Part shown: in pieces, positions 1 through 6,458 of the stretch
Layout: each line of letters begins with the position of its first letter
How positions within the stretch are numbered: position 1 is the first letter of the stretch
Assembly: GCA_044220955.1 (NCBI GenBank)
Contig: JBGAQA010000051.1
Location: forward strand, 1-46,392
Length of the DNA: 46,392 nt
Origin: Sandaracinaceae bacterium
GTDB lineage: Bacteria > Myxococcota_A > Polyangia > Polyangiales > Sandaracinaceae
Reading direction: 5' to 3'
The notes under the pieces: model-generated
Seen by the model: the letters and a program-made list of their open reading frames with translations, nothing else
What the model was told of the DNA's origin: nothing
Database searches by the model: none
Made by a program: the position numbers and the translations under genes

Positions 1-522
1 CTCGTCTTCGTGACCGGCCTCGTGGCACTCCTGGCTGCGGCGTCGCCCGACCCGGCGTCCGCGCAGGCCCGCGGGACGGTCCACGTGCGGACCACGAGCA
101 GCCCTCCCGGCGTGTGGCTGCACGAGCGCGGCGCGCCCGAGGACGCGTGGACGGACCTCTGCGCCGCGCCCTGCGAGACGGAATCGTCGCCGGGCGCGCA
201 GCTCGGGCTCTCCCTGGACGGCCTGGCGCCGCAGCGCGTCCCGGCGCCGACGCTCGTCGACGGGGCGGTCCTGCGGCTTCGCTACGACGACCAGCACCTC
301 ACGCGGACGTACGGGCTGATCGTCGCCGTGATCGGCGTGCTCGGCGCGGCCACGCTCGGGATCGGTGGAACGGTGGCCTGGGTCGCCGCCGGCGGCCTCG
401 GGGACATGACCGGACCGGTCACGTCGATGGTCGGCGGGGGGACGCTCCTGGCGCTGGGGCTGAGCGTCGGCCTCGCGCTGATGGACGAGGGCGACCGGCT
501 CGAGATCTCGCTCGGTCCGTAG
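1..522 (+). CDS. Hypothetical membrane protein, 5'-truncated (PEGA-like beta domain plus two C-terminal TM helices)
   Basis: Frame is open from base 1. Signal-like hydrophobic N-terminus, 'VHVRTTSSPPG...CAAPC' segment, two hydrophobic C-terminal stretches. Confidence 0.6.
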   Translation, partial: LVFVTGLVALLAAASPDPASAQARGTVHVRTTSSPPGVWLHERGAPEDAWTDLCAAPCETESSPGAQLGLSLDGLAPQRVPAPTLVDGAVLRLRYDDQHLTRTYGLIVAVIGVLGAATLGIGGTVAWVAAGGLGDMTGPVTSMVGGGTLLALGLSVGLALMDEGDRLEISLGP

Positions 523-533
523 CCGGCTCGGCG

Positions 534-1478
534 CTACTCGAACTGGCGCAGGTACCAGGCGAGGATCGTCTCACCGAAGAACAGGAACTCCAGCGCTCCG
601 AGCGCGAGGAAGGGGCCGAACGGGATGCGCTGAGCGGCGTGCGGGTCGTCGCTCTCGTCCTCGCTCTCGTCCTCGCTCTCGTCCTCGCTCTCGTCCTCGC
701 TCTCGTCCTCGCTCTCGTCCCCGCTCTCGTTTTCGGTGCTCGTGCTCGGGGGCTCGGTCGTTCCGCGACCGGTCGCCCGAGCGAACACGTACGCGACGAC
801 GCCCTGCATCGCCCCCGCCACGAGGGCGAACGCGGCACCGCGCCAGCCGAGGAAGCTCCCGATCATCATGAGCAGCTTGCTGTCGCCCTCGCCCATGCCC
901 CGCTTGCCGCTGAAGCGCTCCCAGCCCCAGACGAGGAACACCTGGACGATCAGGAACGCCGCGCCCGCCCCGAGCGCCGCGTCTGCCGCCGTGATCCCGG
1001 TGCGCATCGCGACCGTGGCGAGGCCGATCGCCGCGCCGCCGATCGACACCTCGTCGGGGATCTCCATCCACTCGAGGTCGACGAACGTCGCGATCACCAG
1101 CCCGCCGACGAAGACGAACCAGAGCGCCGCGTCGATCGCCGCGCTCGCGAGCTCCGTGCTGCCGCCCGACTCGACCACGAAGCGCTGCGCCAGCGCGACG
1201 GCGAGGATCGCGGACAGCACCTCGACGACGACGTAGCGCGGCGTCATCGGGGCGCCGCAGCACGCGGCCTTCCCGCGCTGGAGGAAGTACGCGAGGATCG
1301 GCACGTTGCGCCAGCCCGGGATCGGCTTGCCGCACGCCGGGCAGTGGCTCGGCGGCGACACCACGGACATGTCCCGCGGCCAGCGGTGGATCGCGACGTT
1401 GAAGAAGCTTCCCCACAGCGCGCCGAGCACGAAGGCGATCGAGAGGTAGAAGCCGGTGGGCAGGTCGGAGACGAGCAC
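534..1478 (-). CDS. pilD: Prepilin peptidase (A24) / N-methyltransferase
   Basis: GSFFNVAIHRWP, SHCPACG zinc motif, catalytic Asp motifs 'FVDLEWMEIPD' and 'MGEGDSKL', C-terminal IPFGPFLA. Start taken as GTG at 1478. Confidence 0.93.
   Translation of the reverse strand: MLVSDLPTGFYLSIAFVLGALWGSFFNVAIHRWPRDMSVVSPPSHCPACGKPIPGWRNVPILAYFLQRGKAACCGAPMTPRYVVVEVLSAILAVALAQRFVVESGGSTELASAAIDAALWFVFVGGLVIATFVDLEWMEIPDEVSIGGAAIGLATVAMRTGITAADAALGAGAAFLIVQVFLVWGWERFSGKRGMGEGDSKLLMMIGSFLGWRGAAFALVAGAMQGVVAYVFARATGRGTTEPPSTSTENESGDESEDESEDESEDESEDESEDESDDPHAAQRIPFGPFLALGALEFLFFGETILAWYLRQFE
651..734. repeat. 12-bp tandem repeat (GCTCTCGTCCTC)x5 plus 2 degenerate copies, encoding (EDES)n in PilD
   Basis: Perfect copies at 651-710; variants at 711-722 and 723-734. 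Confidence 0.95.
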
Positions 1479-1580
1479 GCGGTGCCGCGATGGTACCGAG
1501 GAACGTCGAGGTCCCGCGATTTTGTTCCTGGCGTGCCGCGGGGGCTTTTCCTTTCGCGGCACGGGCTTATGCTGCGCCCC

Positions 1581-2372
1581 GTGGATCCCGAGCCGAAGAA
1601 GGCGCGACCCCGCACCGACGACGTCGACGACGAAGAGGTCGTCGAGGGCGAGGTGGTCACGCCGCCGCCCAAGACGCGTGTCGCGACCGTGATCGTCGCC
1701 GAGGGCAGGACCGCTGCGCTGCGGCAGACCCCGACGGCGCTGGCGCACGCCCCGGCGTCGGGCGTCGTCGTCTACGCAGCGGCCGCCGGCCTCGCCTCGA
1801 TCGTCCCGGTGCCCTTCCTCGACAGCCTCCTCACCGGCGTGGCCCGGGGCTCCGCGGTGCGGCGCATCGCGGCGCGCCGCGGCGTCCGCCTGAGCCACGA
1901 CGCGAGGCGCACGCTCGCGGGCGTCTCGATCACGCGACCGACGGGCACCGGCACGGCTCGCTTGCTCCGCATCGCGCTCTCTCGCGCGCTCTCTCCCATC
2001 CGCATCGCGTCTCGCCTCGAGGACGCGACCGCGACCGTGCTCTCGTCGCTGCTGCTCGATCACTACCTCGCGACGGAGGAGCGCCGCATCGGCGCGCCCC
2101 TCGACGAGCCGGAGGCACGCCGCGTCCGCACGGCGATGGAGGAGGCGTTCTCGGCCAGCGGGCTCGAGTCGCTCCGCTCCCTCCCGCTCGGCGCGCTCGA
2201 GATCCTCATGCGGGCCGCGCGCGCTGCGCTCGCTCTGGACGCGGAGGATCGCGGCCCGGTCGAGCGCTTCGTCGACGCGCTGCTCGACGGCGCCGCGGAT
2301 GCGCCCTCGGAGTGGATCGAGCGGCTGCGCGTGCTCTTCGACGAGGCCCTCTCTCGCCTGCGACCGAGCTGA
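1581..2372 (+). CDS. Hypothetical protein, DUF697-like
   Basis: 'AAAGLASIVPVPFLD' motif resembles DUF697/YcjF-type proteins. Stop overlaps the proB start (TGATG). Alternative start ATG 1569. Confidence 0.6.
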   Translation: MDPEPKKARPRTDDVDDEEVVEGEVVTPPPKTRVATVIVAEGRTAALRQTPTALAHAPASGVVVYAAAAGLASIVPVPFLDSLLTGVARGSAVRRIAARRGVRLSHDARRTLAGVSITRPTGTGTARLLRIALSRALSPIRIASRLEDATATVLSSLLLDHYLATEERRIGAPLDEPEARRVRTAMEEAFSASGLESLRSLPLGALEILMRAARAALALDAEDRGPVERFVDALLDGAADAPSEWIERLRVLFDEALSRLRPS

Positions 2373-3457
2373 TGGGCGGGCGGGCGGTCCCCGACGGACG
2401 ACGCATCGTCGTCAAGATCGGCAGCAAGTCCCTGGTGTCGGCGGCCGATCGCTTCGCGAGCCTGGCCGCGCAGGTCGCGTCGCTCCGCGCCGAGCGACGC
2501 ACGGTCGTCATCGTGTCGTCGGGCGCCATCGCGCTCGGCCGCCAGCGCCTCGGCCTTCCCAAGCGTCCGACCGAGATGGCGCTGCTCCAGGCGTGTGCGT
2601 CCGTGGGCCAGAGCGCGCTCATGCGCGCCTGGGAGGAGGCGTTCGCGCCCTTCGACGCGCCCGTCGCGCAGATCCTCCTGACCCACGCGGACCTGGCCGA
2701 TCGGGAGCGCTACCTCAACGCGCGCAACGCCATCGATGCGCTGCTCGAGGTGGGCGCGGTGCCCGTGATCAACGAGAACGACAGCGTCTCGGTCGACGAG
2801 ATCAGGTTCGGCGACAACGACCAGCTCGCGGCGATGGTCGCGACGCTGACGGGCGCGGACCTGCTGGTCCTGCTCACGGACGTCGAGGGGCTGCTCGACG
2901 CGGGGAAGGCCCGCGTGTCGATCGTCGAGGATCCCCTCGCGGCCGCAGCGCTCGTCCAGGCCGCCAGCAGCGACGTGGGCACGGGTGGGATGGGGAGCAA
3001 GCTCGAGGCGGCGCGCCGCGCGACGCTGCGCGGGATCCCATCCGTCATCGCCGACGCGCGGGATCCGGAGGTGCTCCGGCGCGTCGTCGCGGGCGAGGAC
3101 GTGGGCACGCTCTTCACCCCGCAGGGCACTCGACTCGCGAGCCGCAAGCACTGGATCGCGTACACGCTGCGTCCGCGGGGGGCGCTCGTGATCGACGCCG
3201 GGGCGGCCAAGGCCCTCGCGAGCGGCGGGAAGAGCCTCTTGCCCGCGGGCGTCGTGGGCGTGCGCGGCGACTTCTCCGCAGGCGACGCGGTGACCCTCGT
3301 CGACCCCGCCGGGCGCGAGGTCGCTCGAGGGCTCGCGCGCTACGCCACGCGCGACGCGGCGAAGCTCGCGGGCGCGGCGACCAAGGACATCGCGGAGATC
3401 CTCGGCTTCCACGGGGGCGACGAGATCGTCCACCGGGACGACCTGGTCATCCTCTGA
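2372..3457 (+). CDS. proB: Glutamate 5-kinase with C-terminal PUA domain
   Basis: VVKIGS, VSSGAI, INENDSV, FGDNDQL, GTGGMGSKL, PUA 'SLLPAGV...HRDDLVIL'. Confidence 0.97.
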   Translation: MGGRAVPDGRRIVVKIGSKSLVSAADRFASLAAQVASLRAERRTVVIVSSGAIALGRQRLGLPKRPTEMALLQACASVGQSALMRAWEEAFAPFDAPVAQILLTHADLADRERYLNARNAIDALLEVGAVPVINENDSVSVDEIRFGDNDQLAAMVATLTGADLLVLLTDVEGLLDAGKARVSIVEDPLAAAALVQAASSDVGTGGMGSKLEAARRATLRGIPSVIADARDPEVLRRVVAGEDVGTLFTPQGTRLASRKHWIAYTLRPRGALVIDAGAAKALASGGKSLLPAGVVGVRGDFSAGDAVTLVDPAGREVARGLARYATRDAAKLAGAATKDIAEILGFHGGDEIVHRDDLVIL

Positions 3458-3470
3458 CCGGCGCGGCTCC

Positions 3471-3836
3471 TCACGGCGCGAGCGAGAGCACGACCTCGCC
3501 GCCCTCGACGCGCAGCTCGATCGCGGTGAGCACCTTGCCCCGGCACGGCCCGGACACGCAGAACCCGCTGCCGCGCTCGTAGAGCGCGCCGTGCGTCCCG
3601 CAGAGCAGGTAGCGCCCGGTCGAGTCGAAGAACTCGCGCGTGCCGCCGTCGAGGGGCACGGGGAGGTGCTTGCAGCGGTTGAGGTACGCGCGGGGCCGGC
3701 CGCTCTCGTCGAGGACCAGGATCGCCTCGCGGTGCAGGTCCCAGGGGAGGGCGGGCAGGGGCACCACGCGTGCGCGCGTGCCGTCGAGCGCGCTCACGGG
3801 GCCGGCGCGCACCTCGAGCCGTGCCGCGCCGCTCAA
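3471..3836 (-). CDS. Rieske [2Fe-2S] ferredoxin
   Basis: CKH...CGTHG ligands and 'GFCVSGPC'. TTG start overlaps the upstream TGA (TTGA). Confidence 0.88.
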   Translation of the reverse strand: MSGAARLEVRAGPVSALDGTRARVVPLPALPWDLHREAILVLDESGRPRAYLNRCKHLPVPLDGGTREFFDSTGRYLLCGTHGALYERGSGFCVSGPCRGKVLTAIELRVEGGEVVLSLAP

Positions 3837-4552
3837 CGGCGTCCTGCGGCCCGCGGGAGCGGCCGCTCCGCCGCGCGCTGGACGGCCTTGCCGGCCTCCG
3901 CGTAGGCCTTCTTGGCGATCACGCTGACGAACGCCTCGGTCGTGAGCTCGAAGCCGGTGAGACGCCCCCCGTAGACGCAGCCGGTGTCGAGGCCGGTGGC
4001 GTACTTCCAGCGCTGCAGGCCACGCACGGCATCGTGGCCGAAGAAGACGTGCGATGGCCCGCGATGCAGCGACGCCCAGGGCTCTCCCTCGTCGATGCGC
4101 TTGGTGGCCGTGCCGTCGGGCCGCACGCTGCGCATCGTCAGCAGGTTCTCGCGCTTCTGGTCGGTGACCGCGCGACCCGGGATGATGCCCGCGTGCACGA
4201 CGACCGCGCGCTGCCCCGGGATCCGCAGCCAGAGGGGGAGCGCCTTCAGCCACGCGACGTCCTCGTCCGAGATCTTCTTGGCGATCTTCCGGACCCCTTC
4301 GCTGAACTCCCGGTCGTCGCCGCGGCGCCGCGCGGCGACGCATCGCAGCAGGTAGTCGTCGTGATTCCCCAGCACCGCGGCGACCCCGTTCTCGCGGCAG
4401 AACCGGACCACCGAGATCGATTCGGGGCCTTTGTTGACGAGGTCTCCGACGAGCGTGACCTCGTCGCCCCCGCCGACCTTCGCCCGATCGATCAGTCGCC
4501 GGAGCTCTTCGTAACACCCGTGCACGTCACCGATGACGAGGATGCGCTTCAT
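3833..4552 (-). CDS. Calcineurin-like metallophosphoesterase (ApaH/PrpE-like)
   Basis: GDVHG, GDLVNKGP, GNHD, HAG, FGH, GLDTGCVYGGRLT. Confidence 0.92.
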   Translation of the reverse strand: MKRILVIGDVHGCYEELRRLIDRAKVGGGDEVTLVGDLVNKGPESISVVRFCRENGVAAVLGNHDDYLLRCVAARRRGDDREFSEGVRKIAKKISDEDVAWLKALPLWLRIPGQRAVVVHAGIIPGRAVTDQKRENLLTMRSVRPDGTATKRIDEGEPWASLHRGPSHVFFGHDAVRGLQRWKYATGLDTGCVYGGRLTGFELTTEAFVSVIAKKAYAEAGKAVQRAAERPLPRAAGRR

Positions 4553-4653
4553 GCCCGAGACGGAGAATAACGGGCACCGCGCGAAAGAAAAGCGCGTCGC
4601 GCGATTTGTCCGCTCCGCCGGTGCGTCGAGGCGCGCCCAGCGCCTGTGAAGGC

Positions 4654-5412
4654 TCAGAGGCCGGACGACTTGAGCGAGGCGTTCGCCTCGGGCGTGCGAG
4701 GCAGGTGGATGCCGCACTCGCGCTTCTCGCCCAGCTGACGACCATCCCGCTCGTCCTGCGCGAGCGTGGTCGGGGTGGTCGAGTGCACGTCCCCGATCGA
4801 CCGGTATCCGAACGCGTAGAGCGGGTGATACGGCAGATCGTGCGCCTGCATGTAGGCGCGGATGTCCTTCTTGCTCCACCCGAGGATGGGGTGGACCTTC
4901 ACGACTTCGTCCTGCGGCTCGACGACCCGGAGCCCCGCGCGGAACTCGGTCTGATCGCGCCGGAGCCCGGCGATCCATCCGGTCGCGCCCAGCTCGCGGA
5001 GCGCCCGATCCATCGGCTCGACCTTGTTGATCTGGTGGTACCTCGTGAGATCTTCGTCGGTCCCGTTCCAGAGCCGACCGTAGAGCGCCTCCTGCCGCGC
5101 GGCGGTCATGCGCGGTGAGTACACCTTCAGGTTCAGCTTCAGTCGGCGGGTCAGCTCTTCGGCGAACTGGTAGGTCTCGGGGAACAGGTACCCCGTGTCG
5201 AGGAAGACCACCGGGATGTCCGGCGCGTCACGCGTCACGAGGTGGAGCATCAGCGCGGACTCGGCGCCGAAGCTCGAGCTCATGATCAGGCCGCGTCCGA
5301 ACGCGCGGCTCGCCCAGCGGACGATCTCGTCCGGCTCCGCCCCCTCCAAGGTCTCGTTGACCTCGTCGACGTCGAAGCCGGGAGACGGGACCAGCCGGAG
5401 CGCTTCCGCCAC
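4654..5412 (-). CDS. cysH: Phosphoadenosine phosphosulfate (PAPS) reductase
   Basis: SSSFG, FLDTGYLFPET, GLRRDQ, GYRSIGD, C-terminal ECGIH. No CC/CxxC iron-sulfur ligands. Start GTG 5412 or ATG 5433. Confidence 0.95.
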   Translation of the reverse strand: MAEALRLVPSPGFDVDEVNETLEGAEPDEIVRWASRAFGRGLIMSSSFGAESALMLHLVTRDAPDIPVVFLDTGYLFPETYQFAEELTRRLKLNLKVYSPRMTAARQEALYGRLWNGTDEDLTRYHQINKVEPMDRALRELGATGWIAGLRRDQTEFRAGLRVVEPQDEVVKVHPILGWSKKDIRAYMQAHDLPYHPLYAFGYRSIGDVHSTTPTTLAQDERDGRQLGEKRECGIHLPRTPEANASLKSSGL

Positions 5413-5418
5413 GCCATC

Positions 5419-5447
5419 GTTGTGCGGCACCATTCCCGATTTGTCAA
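5419..5447 (-). promoter_or_regulatory. Putative sigma70 promoter for cysH
   Basis: Perfect TTGACA (5447-5442), 17-nt spacer, weak -10 CACAAC (5424-5419), 6 nt upstream of GTG 5412. Confidence 0.4.
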
Positions 5448-5564
5448 CGAGGCTTTGGCCCAGAGGCCGATCTCGGCCGTGATTCATGGCGTGAACATTC
5501 TTGACTGAAACGCGTGACAAAACCTGATTGCGGACGTCCGGCCCGGCGGGCACCATCGGGGGCG

Positions 5565-6293
5565 ATGCGTCGCTGGGCCGGGTTTCTCGGGATCGTCGGC
5601 CTGGCCGCGTGCAGCACCCCCCTGGGCGACGCGCGGCGCGATGGCGGGCGCAGCCACGATGGTAGCGCGCCCGGCGATACGTTCGTGTCGGCGGACGCGC
5701 TCGTGCTCGTGGACGCATTCGCGTCGCCCGACGCGTTCTCCGTCCTCGACGCGTGGGCCCCGCTGGACGGCAACCCGATGCCGACGCCGGACCCGAGCAC
5801 GTGGATCGTGATGAACTCGCCCGCCGACGTCGGGACGTGGGCGGAGACGGCGACCATCACGAGCCTCGCGCTGCAGCCCGACGGGGTGCGCATCGACTTC
5901 ACCCGGCGCGACGGGCCCGGCAGCTGGCCCGACTTCCCGTTCCTCACCCCGGGCGAGAACCTCGAGTACACCCTCTGGATCGTGCTGCGCATCGATGGCC
6001 AGTGGTACGCGAGCGGCTGCCTTCAATACTGGCGCGGGCTCGATCGCATGGGCGGGCCGCCCTCGCAGTACGCTGCGAACTGGTACTACGACCCGGCGCG
6101 GTGGGGGGTGATGACGTCGCACCAGCCGGCGGTCGGGGAGTGGGTCGGCTTCTTCGTCGCCGCCGGAAACGAGCGCAACGTCACCGACGCGGCGGCGGCC
6201 GCGACCGACGTGGGTGGGAACCTCGTCCTGGAGCGGTCGAACGTGGTGATCGTCCCGTTTCCCGACGACACGGGGGCCACGTACACGTTCTGA
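5565..6293 (+). CDS. Hypothetical lipoprotein with Trp/Tyr-rich C-terminal domain
   Basis: MRRW...LAAC lipobox, Asp/Ala-rich linker, then an aromatic-rich globular region. Confidence 0.75.
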   Translation: MRRWAGFLGIVGLAACSTPLGDARRDGGRSHDGSAPGDTFVSADALVLVDAFASPDAFSVLDAWAPLDGNPMPTPDPSTWIVMNSPADVGTWAETATITSLALQPDGVRIDFTRRDGPGSWPDFPFLTPGENLEYTLWIVLRIDGQWYASGCLQYWRGLDRMGGPPSQYAANWYYDPARWGVMTSHQPAVGEWVGFFVAAGNERNVTDAAAAATDVGGNLVLERSNVVIVPFPDDTGATYTF

Positions 6294-6302
6294 AACCGGC
6301 GA

Positions 6303-6331
6303 TTGCCCTCGGGCGCGGCGTCTGATAGCGT
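6303..6331 (+). promoter_or_regulatory. Putative sigma70 promoter with extended -10
   Basis: TTGCCC (6303-6308), 17-nt spacer, TGn-TAGCGT (6326-6331), about 127 nt upstream of ATG 6459. Confidence 0.55.
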
Positions 6332-6458
6332 CCGCCCCTCTGATTTCGCGTCCCGGCCGCACGCAGCGTGTGTGAGTCGCCGGGGCGCCCGCCGGTAAAG
6401 AACGCCGGCGCTCTCCCAGAGCGAGCTGAGGCTCGCCGTCCCCGAGACCCCGAAGAAG

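Noticed and set aside
651..734. Repeat arrays (here and at 7075-7200) as possible CRISPR
   Set aside because: Head-to-tail 6-12 bp units without spacers, inside coding frames, and no cas genes.
5505..5522. TGAAACGCGTGACAA as a parS site
   Set aside because: Poor match to TGTTTCACGTGAAACA and far from the ParB-like gene.
6335..6458. Cobalamin riboswitch upstream of the B12-dependent mutase genes
   Set aside because: I could not find the B12-box or the conserved GGGAA/GCCACTG core elements. Kept only as an unassigned structured leader.
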